Assembly (NCBI GenBank): GCA_021734905.1
Contig: JAIPIB010000002.1
Location: forward strand, 38,167 to 102,166
DNA: 64,000 nucleotides
Direction of reading: 5' to 3'
DNA from: Minisyncoccota bacterium
GTDB lineage: Bacteria > Patescibacteriota > Minisyncoccia > Phycocordibacterales > UBA918
Part shown: piece after piece, positions 18,088-26,929 of the stretch
Numbering within the stretch: position 1 is the stretch's first letter
Layout of the letters: the number at the start of each line of letters is the position of its first letter
Notes under the pieces: generated by a model
What the model was told of the DNA's origin: nothing
The model's input: the letters and a program-made list of their open reading frames with translations, nothing else
Database searches by the model: none
Position numbers and translations under genes: made by a program

Positions 18088-19800
18088 ATGGATACCTCAA
18101 ATTTAATCATATGCACTGACGCAAGTCCTGATTTTGTGGGTATTTTTGACTTAAGCATTGCTCCTGCCATGCTTTACTATTCCTATATTCCAATTGTTTT
18201 TATATCACTACTGCTAGGTGTGTTTGTTTTGATACAAAATCGATTTTCATTAATAAGCAAAATCCTTTTTCTAATTACACTCCTTTTCTCAATATTTATT
18301 GCGAATGAACTTCTGCAATGGGTAGCGGTTCCTGCTGGAATTATGTACTTTGCATGGTCTCTTTCTCTATTACTACATTTCTTTATTGTTTTACTGACAT
18401 TTTACTTTGTTTATTTGTTCATAAATAAAAATGACTTTTCCTTTTCTCAAAAAGTTTTATTTATGCTAGTTAGTCTTCCAGCAATACTATTACTCCCAAC
18501 AAATTTGAATGTTCCAGCCTTTGACGTTGACTGGTGTGGTGCAATAACTGGACCACTTTGGTATTACCTCTACGCATTTGAAATTGCCACAGCAACGTTC
18601 TTATTGTCATGGGGCATAAAGTTGATCAGAAAATACTACCGCCTTAAAGACAGAGCCTTACTGCCATCAATCTATCTTCTTTTTGGTGCATCGTTCTTCT
18701 TGTTTGTTTTCTTTGGTTCATACTTTGTTAGTGAAATAGCAGACCTTTATGAAATTAATCTATATGAATTTAATTTCATCGGCCCATCTGGAATGCTTAT
18801 CTTTATTGGAGTGTTCTCTTTCATGATTGTAAAATTTAAAACATTTAATATTAAGCTCCTCGGGGCACAAGCGCTTGTGGTTGCACTGTGGTTCCTTGTG
18901 GATTCACTGCTCTTTGTGGCGCAGTCTACAACAACGCGCACTGTTGCTGGCGTTACTCTTCTTATCACAACAATCGCTGGTTACTTCCTTGTGCGAAGCG
19001 TTAAGAAAGAAGTGCAACAAAGGGAAGAACTTGAGATCCTTACCGACCAACTCGCAAAGGCGAACGCACGCCTGAAGCTCTTAGATAAGATGAAATCAGA
19101 ATTTGTCTCTATTGCATCGCACCAACTTCGAAGTCCACTTACATCTATTCGTGGATACGCTTCTATGCTTGCGGAAGGTTCTTACGGCAGACTTCCGGTA
19201 AAAGCGCAGGAGGCTGCTGCAAATATTGCTGACTCGAGTAAATACATGGCAATGTCTATTGAGGATTATCTTAATGTGTCTCGTATTGAAGCCGGGAACA
19301 TGAAGTATGAAATGAGCGACTTTAATCTCAAGGATGCTGCTGAAAAGATTGTCGACGAGATGCGACCGGTTGCTATGAAGAAGGGCCTCGTGATGGTTTT
19401 TCGTTCTGACTGTAACGGAAGTAATCAGATTAATGCAGATATTGGTAAAACACGCCAAGTCATTATGAATCTCCTCGACAACTCAATGAAATATACTCCA
19501 AAGGGAACCATTACAGTTGTTGCTCATGATGATATTAAGAAAAAAAAGATGTACGTTACTATTAAGGATACCGGCGTCGGTATGAGTAAAGAAACACAAG
19601 AAGAAGTCTTTGATAAGTTTGTCCGCGCAAAGAACGCCAACAACATCAATGTCACAGGAACAGGTCTCGGCCTCTTTGTTGCAAAGAAAATGGTTACTGA
19701 GATGAAGGGAAGAGTATGGGCCGAGTCAGAAGGAGAGGGGACTGGGTCTACATTCCACATAGAATTTTCACTACTGCCTGGGAAACCCTCAGTGAGATAA
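18088..19800 (+). CDS. sensor histidine kinase with multi-TM (about 7 TM) N-terminal domain
   Basis: N-terminal 250 aa with multiple TM helices, a coiled coil, then H-box SHQLRSPLTSIRGYASML, N-box DNSMKYT and G-boxes DTGVGM / GTGLGL. No response regulator nearby. Confidence 0.85.
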   Translation: MDTSNLIICTDASPDFVGIFDLSIAPAMLYYSYIPIVFISLLLGVFVLIQNRFSLISKILFLITLLFSIFIANELLQWVAVPAGIMYFAWSLSLLLHFFIVLLTFYFVYLFINKNDFSFSQKVLFMLVSLPAILLLPTNLNVPAFDVDWCGAITGPLWYYLYAFEIATATFLLSWGIKLIRKYYRLKDRALLPSIYLLFGASFFLFVFFGSYFVSEIADLYEINLYEFNFIGPSGMLIFIGVFSFMIVKFKTFNIKLLGAQALVVALWFLVDSLLFVAQSTTTRTVAGVTLLITTIAGYFLVRSVKKEVQQREELEILTDQLAKANARLKLLDKMKSEFVSIASHQLRSPLTSIRGYASMLAEGSYGRLPVKAQEAAANIADSSKYMAMSIEDYLNVSRIEAGNMKYEMSDFNLKDAAEKIVDEMRPVAMKKGLVMVFRSDCNGSNQINADIGKTRQVIMNLLDNSMKYTPKGTITVVAHDDIKKKKMYVTIKDTGVGMSKETQEEVFDKFVRAKNANNINVTGTGLGLFVAKKMVTEMKGRVWAESEGEGTGSTFHIEFSLLPGKPSVR

Positions 19801-19941
19801 AAGAGAAGGGTAATCACTCTTGAAAAAAGATACTTAGTAGTTTTTTAAAGAAAAATGGACACCATAGCTAATATGTGCTATAATTTATTTAGTTAAATTT
19901 CATGTTTTTTCATTCCCAAAATTGGGAGGAAGGAGTCTTAG

Positions 19942-20676
19942 GTGAAAACCCTAATAGTTCTATTTGTAACGACAATGTCTCAAATGGCGTTTGCATACGA
20001 TTCGCCATGGGAGAAGACTCTTGCCTATCCACCAACACTGACCGGTGAAGAACTTGCCCTGGCAGAAACCGAACTCTTGCCAGAAAATGTCGAGAAAACT
20101 AAAATTGCTCTTGCGAGTGACTATGGTCAAAAATTCGATGACACATTGAACGAGGCTTCGCCTTATGTCGAGATCGTCATGAAGACACGCCGTGGCAAGG
20201 ATCCGGCAAATAGCTTGAATGACGTCAGTGCCTACGTAGAATTCCCATTGACGGCAACTCTATCGCTCTGGGTAACTGGAACAGATGACGAGACCTTCAA
20301 GGGAACCTACGTCGGCCTAGCCAGAAAATTTGGCAATTGGCAGGTTGCACTTGGTGGAGGAAGCGTCGTATATGGCGATACTCGTCACAATGTCATCAAT
20401 CCGTGGATCTTGTATTCTACAGATAGTTACGAGGCGTATTTACACGCTGAGTACTACGGAAAGGAGTCGGACAATCGGTGGTGGTATAAAGCCTTTGCTG
20501 ACAAGAAGTTTGGCAACACTAGCTTTGGCCTCTACGGCGAAGCCGGCGTTGGGATAGGTCCTCGGCTCTCATGGCAGGTTACCAAAAACTTGAAATTTTG
20601 GGTTATGGTGCCAGTCGCACTTCAGCCGAATGAAGGGAAAATCAAATTCATGGCGGCAGCTGTCGTCATGTTCTAG
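19942..20676 (+). CDS. secreted protein with OMP-like C-terminal beta-signal (GTG start)
   Basis: Strong SD gggaggaaggag before GTG. Signal peptide MKTLIVLFVTTMSQMAFA. Aromatic-rich. C-terminus ...KFMAAAVVMF ends in Phe with alternating hydrophobics. GC higher than surroundings. Confidence 0.5.
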   Translation: MKTLIVLFVTTMSQMAFAYDSPWEKTLAYPPTLTGEELALAETELLPENVEKTKIALASDYGQKFDDTLNEASPYVEIVMKTRRGKDPANSLNDVSAYVEFPLTATLSLWVTGTDDETFKGTYVGLARKFGNWQVALGGGSVVYGDTRHNVINPWILYSTDSYEAYLHAEYYGKESDNRWWYKAFADKKFGNTSFGLYGEAGVGIGPRLSWQVTKNLKFWVMVPVALQPNEGKIKFMAAAVVMF

Positions 20677-20691
20677 GAAGGTACAGATCAA

Positions 20692-20738
20692 AGGGGCGCA
20701 CGTGCGAAAGCTTGTGTGCCCCTATTTTTTGTTTTTTT
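20692..20738 (+). terminator. rho-independent terminator
   Basis: ggggcgcacgtgcgaaagcttgtgtgcccc hairpin followed by tattttttgttttttt. Confidence 0.6.
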
Positions 20739-20779
20739 ATCCTTTCTTAATATCCTTCAATTTGGTAGTATTTTGATAT

Positions 20780-21718
20780 ATGAAAAAACGACTTTTTACA
20801 GGACTACAACCATCAGGAGCGCTCCATATTGGAAACTACTTTGGGGCACTGAAGCCTTTTAAAGATATAGCGGGGGACTACGATAGTTTTCTCATGATTG
20901 CAGACTACCATTCACTTACCACAATGCGAGACGCAACGACACTGAGAAGCAACATCATTGATGTAGTCAAAGACTATATAGCTATTGGAGTTGAACCAGA
21001 TGAAGTCACTATATTTAAACAATCAGACGTACCAGAACATACAGAACTTGCATGGATATTTGAATGCTTAGTGACCGTACCTTTTCTTTCTCAGGCTCAT
21101 GCGTACAAAGACAAGGTTGCAAAAGGATTGGAAGCAAACGCAGGACTCTTCAATTATCCAATGCTTATGGCTGCAGATATCCTTCTCTATGATGCAGATG
21201 TTGTGCCAGTTGGAGAGGACCAAAGACAGCACGTTGAATACGCAAGGGAAGCTGCAACAAAATTCAATAATGCATATGGGGAGACATTTGTCCCACCTCA
21301 AGAAATGGTCTTGAAAGGAGTCGGCATCGTAGCAGGAACTGATGGTCAGAAGATGAGTAAGAGCTACAAAAACACCATTCCACTTTTTGGAACGAAAGAC
21401 GAAATTTCTAGAGCAGTCATGAGTGTCGTAACTGATTCAAGTGGAGATCGTCCAGAAAACGTCTATTCGATTCATCGTCTGTTTAGAACAGAATCTGAAC
21501 TTGAAGGACTTTATGCAGAGCATGCTGGGAAATATAAAGATCTTAAAGAAGCACTTATAGAAGATATTGAAACTCTCGTTGCACCAATGCGTGAGAAACG
21601 ATCAGAAATTACCGATGATGATGTTCGTACAATTCTAAAAAACGGAAGTGAGAAAGCTCAAGCTCAAGCTCAAAAAAAGATTACAGAAATTCGAGACAGG
21701 ATAGGAGTTTCTATATAA
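20780..21718 (+). CDS. trpS: tryptophanyl-tRNA synthetase
   Basis: Class I HIGH region (GLQPSGALHIGNYFGAL) and KMSKS (GQKMSKSYKN). 312 aa. Confidence 0.9.
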   Translation: MKKRLFTGLQPSGALHIGNYFGALKPFKDIAGDYDSFLMIADYHSLTTMRDATTLRSNIIDVVKDYIAIGVEPDEVTIFKQSDVPEHTELAWIFECLVTVPFLSQAHAYKDKVAKGLEANAGLFNYPMLMAADILLYDADVVPVGEDQRQHVEYAREAATKFNNAYGETFVPPQEMVLKGVGIVAGTDGQKMSKSYKNTIPLFGTKDEISRAVMSVVTDSSGDRPENVYSIHRLFRTESELEGLYAEHAGKYKDLKEALIEDIETLVAPMREKRSEITDDDVRTILKNGSEKAQAQAQKKITEIRDRIGVSI

Positions 21719-21760
21719 TAAATATATCTAGTAATTATTTTTGGTCAGTAAATATACATC

Positions 21761-22297
21761 ATGTCAAGAAAATATCAAATTGGAGTCATGGGCTCTGCTC
21801 AAGATCTTAACTATTCTAAGGAGATTGAACAATTAGCAGAAGATATCGGACTCGAAATTGCTAAAAAAGGTCACATCGTTGTATATGGAGCTGAAAAAGA
21901 TTACGATTCTCTTTCGACAGCTGCAGCACGCGGAGCAAAGAAGGTAAATGGTCTTACTGTGGGAGTTACTTATGGAAAAGGTAAAGATATATGGGACAAA
22001 GAAGGGAACACCGACATTATTATCAGTACTGGCATTGAACGTGGTGGAGGACGTGAATTTGTCCTTGTAAATTCCTGTGATGCAATTATTGCAATATCAG
22101 GAGGGTCTGGCACTTTAACTGAGCTAGCTATTGCATATCAAGCAGATATTCCAATGGTTGTTATGAGGGGAACTGGTGGTTGGTCTGACAAACTAGCTGA
22201 TACTTTTTTTGATGCGCGTGAAAGACGTAAAGTGATTGGCGCAGCAAATGCACAGCAAGCGGTTCAAAATGCTTTGGATCAGATTTCCGGACAGTAA
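21761..22297 (+). CDS. LOG/TIGR00725-like Rossmann-fold protein
   Basis: GVMGSAQ...IAISGGSGTLTELAIAY pattern (GGxGTxxE) of the LOG/DprA-like SLOG families. Confidence 0.55.
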   Translation: MSRKYQIGVMGSAQDLNYSKEIEQLAEDIGLEIAKKGHIVVYGAEKDYDSLSTAAARGAKKVNGLTVGVTYGKGKDIWDKEGNTDIIISTGIERGGGREFVLVNSCDAIIAISGGSGTLTELAIAYQADIPMVVMRGTGGWSDKLADTFFDARERRKVIGAANAQQAVQNALDQISGQ

Positions 22298-22298
22298 A

Positions 22299-22322
22299 AA
22301 CAGCCCACCGGAGTAGGCTGTT
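22299..22322. terminator. bidirectional hairpin between convergent genes
   Basis: aacagcc caccggagta ggctgtt inverted repeat between the 21761 gene (+) and the GNAT gene (-). Confidence 0.45.
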
Positions 22323-22329
22323 AAAAGGG

Positions 22330-22923
22330 TTATACCATGAGAAATCCCTCATGTTCTTTTCTGAAGGTTTCCCAAAGTAGTTCCCAATCATTTCTATAAA
22401 CAGACAACCATATTTGATCCCAGTACTTACCCTGAGCATAATGGTGGTCTTTTAGTCTACCTTCTTCCTTATAGCCACACTTGAGGCTATACGCATGGCT
22501 TCGCTCGTTAAAAGCAATGACATTCGAGTAGACTTTTCGGAGATTCAAGACATTGAAAGCGAATTCAAGCAACAACATCTTTGCTTCGCTTCCATATCCT
22601 TTATCCCAACAGTCTTTTTCTCCAATGAGAGCACCTGTTGTAGCGTGACCTTGCCGATGATCAATGCCATGCAGACCCATAGTACCAATTGGTTTATCAT
22701 CAACAACAATTGCGACCACCATATCGCGTGGCTTGCGTTTGTGCATTGATGTAAACCATTCATTTTCATCAGCCTCCATCATTGGAAGATGGACTTTGAG
22801 ATATTTACTAACTTCTGGATCATTTATCCATTTCAAGAGCAGAGGAACATCCTGTTCAAGTACAGGACGTAATGTTACTCTCTTGCTCCTCCGGAAAATA
22901 ACTTCCTGTTTTACTTCAGACAT
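22330..22923 (-). CDS. GNAT family N-acetyltransferase (RimJ/RimL-like)
   Basis: 197 aa. Acetyl-CoA-binding core pattern (VVAIVVDDKPIGTMGLHGI...GALIGEKDCWDKGYGSEA). Typical RimL-type size. Confidence 0.7.
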   Translation of the reverse strand: MSEVKQEVIFRRSKRVTLRPVLEQDVPLLLKWINDPEVSKYLKVHLPMMEADENEWFTSMHKRKPRDMVVAIVVDDKPIGTMGLHGIDHRQGHATTGALIGEKDCWDKGYGSEAKMLLLEFAFNVLNLRKVYSNVIAFNERSHAYSLKCGYKEEGRLKDHHYAQGKYWDQIWLSVYRNDWELLWETFRKEHEGFLMV

Positions 22924-23226
22924 AATAGTCTCCTTAATTAGGGGATATGGATATCAAAGAACAAATACTAAACAAAAGACCCCAGCTTTTGTTTAGCTGA
23001 GGTCTTTCTATCTGAAAGAAATATTATTAGGAGGGATTTGGTATAGAAATACCGAAGCTAAACACAAGATTATTATCTTTTGCGTAATCACGCATAAAAA
23101 ATCCACAAAGTGGAGAATTAATCTTTGTTGTAACTTGATACATTCTGTAATGCATATATTCAAAATAACACATCATTTGAATGTGTCAATAAATATTCCT
23201 GTAGGTGATTATGCTCGTCTTCCTAT

Positions 23227-23469
23227 CTAGCTATTACGCTTTTGCAAGTAAAGAATCCACCATGCGGTTGTCGCGATTGCGCCCGTAACGGTTGCATAGG
23301 TTAGTGATAGTGAGTAATAGGTTATGACATATAGGCTCATAACTAAAGCAGTTGAGAGACTCGTCCATTTTGAAGGCTTGTTCTCACTTATGATAGAAGG
23401 GATAAGGGCCACAAAAAAGACGATATTACCTAACATAAACACAAGATCTTGCCATGAGAGTTCAAACAT
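23227..23469 (-). CDS. small 2-TM membrane protein (81 aa; start uncertain)
   Basis: The track ORF extends to 23673 but overlaps the small gene plus terminator at 23528-23723. The in-frame ATG at 23469 (MFELSWQDLVFMLGNIVFFVALIPS...) gives a plausible 2-TM protein. Confidence 0.3.
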   Translation of the reverse strand: MFELSWQDLVFMLGNIVFFVALIPSIISENKPSKWTSLSTALVMSLYVITYYSLSLTYATVTGAIATTAWWILYLQKRNS

Positions 23470-23585
23470 AAGTAATAGTATCTTAGCATAACTAACTTCG
23501 GGACTCTGAAAGAAATGCGATAATCTCCACTGTGCATAAAAAAAGGCCGCGTATGAGCATGGCCTTTTGCTTCGGTTGGTCTGCA

Positions 23586-23723
23586 TCAGCCTGGCAAAAT
23601 ATGAGTAGCTATGCCAGATCCAATTCCCAAAAGCTCGATGGTGCCCATGACTACGTACGTAAGTACGGCGCATACCAACACCACGCTTAATGCATATGCT
23701 GCAACGGTCTTTAACTTTTCCAT
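23586..23723 (-). CDS. 45-aa hydrophobic peptide
   Basis: Hand translation gives MEKLKTVAAYALSVVLVCAVLTYVVMGTIELLGIGSGIATHILPG. SD aaaggggggg upstream. Minus-strand terminator (ggcc...ggcc + T7) at 23528-23565 immediately downstream. Confidence 0.35.
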   Translation of the reverse strand: MEKLKTVAAYALSVVLVCAVLTYVVMGTIELLGIGSGIATHILPG

Positions 23724-23849
23724 CTTAGCCCCCCCCTTTAGTTTTGATCAATTCACTTCATATATTATGTCACATATTTACGAATATACAATAGCTTTCA
23801 TTTGACCATACTTTAAAATGCTTATACAATCATAATTACTGATGACGCA

Positions 23850-24040
23850 GCTGACACTGCTGAGGTGAGAGAAGAAAGCTACAATGACTTTGTAGTAAGT
23901 AGAACTCTCCGTTTGGCACGACACGCCAACGATGAGCGCTCATGTCGCATACGACAGGGAAGTAGGGTGGCACCGCGGCAAAGACCGCCCCTACAAATAT
24001 ATTAGTAGGATATTAATATGTTTGTAGGGGCATTTTTTGT
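23850..24040 (+). promoter_or_regulatory. T-box riboswitch leader (tRNA-sensing) upstream of the class IIb aaRS gene
   Basis: Conserved T-box sequence AGGGTGGCACCGCGG at 23964-23978 (consensus AATTAGGGTGGNACCGCGG). F-box-like CCGTTT at 23909-23914. Stem-I-like helices (gagag...ctctc with AGTA-containing distal region). Palindromic stem III (atgagcgctcat). Intrinsic terminator gcccctacaaa...tttgtaggggc + T6 at 23987-24038, 25 nt before the ATG. Confidence 0.55.
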
Positions 24041-24062
24041 TTCTATAAATAGATAAAACAAT

Positions 24063-25421
24063 ATGGAAAGAATACTTATCGCAGAGCTTAAAAATAAACT
24101 TGAACAAGAAGTTACCATTCAAGGATCAGTCAACGTTGTCCGCAATCAAGGCAAGGTCGCTTTTTTTGACTTTAGAGACCGAACCGGAATCGTGCAGGGG
24201 GTTATCTTTGGAAAACCAGAACTACTCGAATCAGTAAAAGTACTTTCACCTGAATCAACAGTTACCGTAGTAGGTACAGTCCATGCACGACAAGAAAAAA
24301 TGATTAATCCGAATGTGCAAAATGGTGATATTGAGCTTGAAATAACAGCAGTTACTATTCTCTCACTTGCTGAAGCATTGCCGTTTGATCTCGATGCAGA
24401 TCTTAATATTGATACACTCCTTGATTACCGGCCACTCACTTTACGACGGAAGCATGAAAAGGCCATCTTTAAGATACAAAGTGAAATAGTTGCAGCCTAT
24501 GGAGCATTTATGCGCAGAGAAGGATTCACAGAGTTCCAGGCACCAAAACTTGTGGGTGGTGATGCAGAAGGGGGTGCTGAAGTATTTAAAGTAGACTACT
24601 TTAATGACCATAAAGCGTACCTCGCAACAAGTCCACAACTCTATAAACAAATCATGGTTGGTGTGTATGAACGTGTATTTACCTTCGCAACAGCATTCCG
24701 TGCTGAAAAGAGTGCGACCACACGACACCTCAGTGAATATACGTCTCTCGACGCCGAAATAGGCTTTATCGAAGACCATACTGACATTATGCGTATCGAG
24801 ACTGCACTCATGCGATACCTAGCAGAGCATCTTCACAACACCACACCAACAGAGCTTGCGGTACTTGGAATGGAAATTCCAAAACTTGGCGATAAGGACA
24901 CGCCACTATTTCCTCACATGAAACTCAGAGAAGCACAGCAACTTATCAAAGAAAAAACAGGAAAGGACAAAACGAATGAACCAGACCTTGAGCCTGAAGA
25001 TGAGCGATGGCTCTGTGAATACGCGCACAATGAACTTAGTAGTGACTTTATCTTTATCACACACTATCCAGTCTCAAAGCGTCCATTCTATACGTATGAA
25101 GATGAAGATGATCTCGGCTTTACAAAAAGCTTTGACTTACTCTTTAGGGGTGTTGAAATTACGACTGGTGGTCAACGTGTTCATGACGTGCAAACACTTC
25201 AAGAAAAAATGCGCGCAAAGAAACTCAATCCAGAAAACTTTGAATTCTACTTACAAATATTCAAAAATGGTATGCCTCCACACGGCGGATGGGGCATGGG
25301 ACTTGAGCGTCTTACTGCAAAATTCTGTGGTGTTCAGAATGTAAAGGAAGCAACCCTCTTCCCGCGTGATATTAACCGCATTGACACATTACTCACTAAG
25401 AATACCGAGCATGCAGATTAA
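24063..25421 (+). CDS. aspS: class IIb aminoacyl-tRNA synthetase, archaeal-type aspartyl-tRNA synthetase (AsnRS not excluded)
   Basis: N-terminal OB anticodon domain. Motif 2 FRAEKSATTRHLSEYTSLDAEIGF. Motif 3/C-terminus GMPPHGGWGMGLERLTAKFCGVQNVKEATLFPRDINRI resembles archaeal-type AspRS (FPRD.NRL) more than AsnRS (FPRTPR). The T-box bulge UGGC predicts a G73-discriminator tRNA (Asp/Asn, not Lys). Confidence 0.75.
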   Translation: MERILIAELKNKLEQEVTIQGSVNVVRNQGKVAFFDFRDRTGIVQGVIFGKPELLESVKVLSPESTVTVVGTVHARQEKMINPNVQNGDIELEITAVTILSLAEALPFDLDADLNIDTLLDYRPLTLRRKHEKAIFKIQSEIVAAYGAFMRREGFTEFQAPKLVGGDAEGGAEVFKVDYFNDHKAYLATSPQLYKQIMVGVYERVFTFATAFRAEKSATTRHLSEYTSLDAEIGFIEDHTDIMRIETALMRYLAEHLHNTTPTELAVLGMEIPKLGDKDTPLFPHMKLREAQQLIKEKTGKDKTNEPDLEPEDERWLCEYAHNELSSDFIFITHYPVSKRPFYTYEDEDDLGFTKSFDLLFRGVEITTGGQRVHDVQTLQEKMRAKKLNPENFEFYLQIFKNGMPPHGGWGMGLERLTAKFCGVQNVKEATLFPRDINRIDTLLTKNTEHAD

Positions 25422-26796
25422 ATTAGCTAAAGTGACAGCGCCAACACAAAGATCGCACACCGAGATAATCTTCGTCGAGAAGGGCGTTGAACGATTTGTA
25501 AAAAATGAAAATTCAACGACACTTGAAATTCCTGCAGGAAAGGTTGAGAAACTAACACCACGCACACTCAGAACGCTTATACGAAATGTCGTTCTAACCG
25601 CAAAAAAACATAAGCTATTAAAGGTAACGATCTCATTTGACTATAAGGTTTTTCCAAAGTGTCACGCCTACAATGAGACGTGGTTTTGGAGTACGATTGC
25701 AGAAAACTTACTCCTTGCCGACTATGAGTATCTTACCTATAAGAGTAAGAAATCATCTCCGACGCTTACTGAGGTTGTACTAAAGGGTGCTGATGGAAAA
25801 TTTGCCAAAGAAGGAATTTCACATGGACAGATCGTTGGAACATATACGAATATCTCACGTGATCTTGCAAATACTCCAGGAGGTGACATGACACCAGCAA
25901 TCCTTGCAGAAAAAACAAAAGGTATTTTTAAGGGAACAAAAGCAGTAGTGACTATTTTGGATGAGAAAAAAATGTCCAAGCTTAATATGGGAGGAGTTCT
26001 TGGTGTTGGAAAAGGTTCAAAGCATAAACCAAAGTTCATCATTATTGAATATCGAGGAGGAAAGAAGTCTGAAAAGCCAGTTGTTTTTGTAGGAAAGGGA
26101 GTCACGTTTGATACAGGAGGGCTTCAAATCAAGCCGGGTATGTCGATGTATGAGATGCATATGGATATGTCAGGCGGAGCCTCGGTTATTTGTTCCATTG
26201 GTGCCATAGCGAAACTTGCACTCAAAAAAAATGTCATTGGATTAATTCCTGCAGTTGAAAACGGTGTTGGAGAGGATGCACTTCATCCCGGAGACGTCCT
26301 CACCATGATGTCAGGAGCAACGGTAGATGTTTTACACACTGACGCAGAGGGGAGACTTATCCTTGCTGATGCACTTCACTATGCACAAAAATATGAACCA
26401 AAATTAATTGTTGATATCGCAACACTAACCGGTGCCTCACTCGTTGCGATTGGTCAGCATGCAAATGTCATCATGACAAAAGACCGCAATCTTGAAGATA
26501 GGTTCCGAGAGCTCGGTGAAGAATCAGGTGATTACACTTTTCCTCTTCCTCTCTGGGATGAATACAAGCAATATTTGAAGGGTGTCCATGCTGATATCTC
26601 AAATATTCCCTCAAGTGATTCTAAATATGGTGGAACTATTACTGCAGGAATGTTTCTTGCACATTTCACCAAGAAAATGAAGTGGGTTCATATAGATATG
26701 GCTCCACGCATGACTTCTGTTGGTAGTGACAAACTCGCAAAGGGCGCAACCGGCGAGCCAACTCGACTCCTCGTACAAATTGCTGAAATGTACTAA
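25411..26796 (+). CDS. pepA: leucyl aminopeptidase (M17 family)
   Basis: NTPGGDMTP, GKGVTFDTGG, and NTDAEGRL-type signature (HTDAEGRLILADAL). The start is set at ATG 25411 (MQIKLAKV), overlapping the aaRS stop by 11 nt. The track ORF starts at 25366. Confidence 0.85.
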   Translation: MQIKLAKVTAPTQRSHTEIIFVEKGVERFVKNENSTTLEIPAGKVEKLTPRTLRTLIRNVVLTAKKHKLLKVTISFDYKVFPKCHAYNETWFWSTIAENLLLADYEYLTYKSKKSSPTLTEVVLKGADGKFAKEGISHGQIVGTYTNISRDLANTPGGDMTPAILAEKTKGIFKGTKAVVTILDEKKMSKLNMGGVLGVGKGSKHKPKFIIIEYRGGKKSEKPVVFVGKGVTFDTGGLQIKPGMSMYEMHMDMSGGASVICSIGAIAKLALKKNVIGLIPAVENGVGEDALHPGDVLTMMSGATVDVLHTDAEGRLILADALHYAQKYEPKLIVDIATLTGASLVAIGQHANVIMTKDRNLEDRFRELGEESGDYTFPLPLWDEYKQYLKGVHADISNIPSSDSKYGGTITAGMFLAHFTKKMKWVHIDMAPRMTSVGSDKLAKGATGEPTRLLVQIAEMY

Positions 26797-26929
26797 AAAA
26801 CGTAGCTATATCCTATTTGTGCACTGGAATTACACAGAAACCCTGTGATTAATTAAATGTCCCCACTTATTACACACCAATCCATAAAAACACCGCTCAA
26901 AATAGCGATATCTTGATACAATTGAGTCA

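Noticed and set aside
23611-23805. 64-aa plus-strand ORF
   Set aside because: It overlaps the better-supported minus-strand 45-aa gene (SD + terminator) and has no SD.
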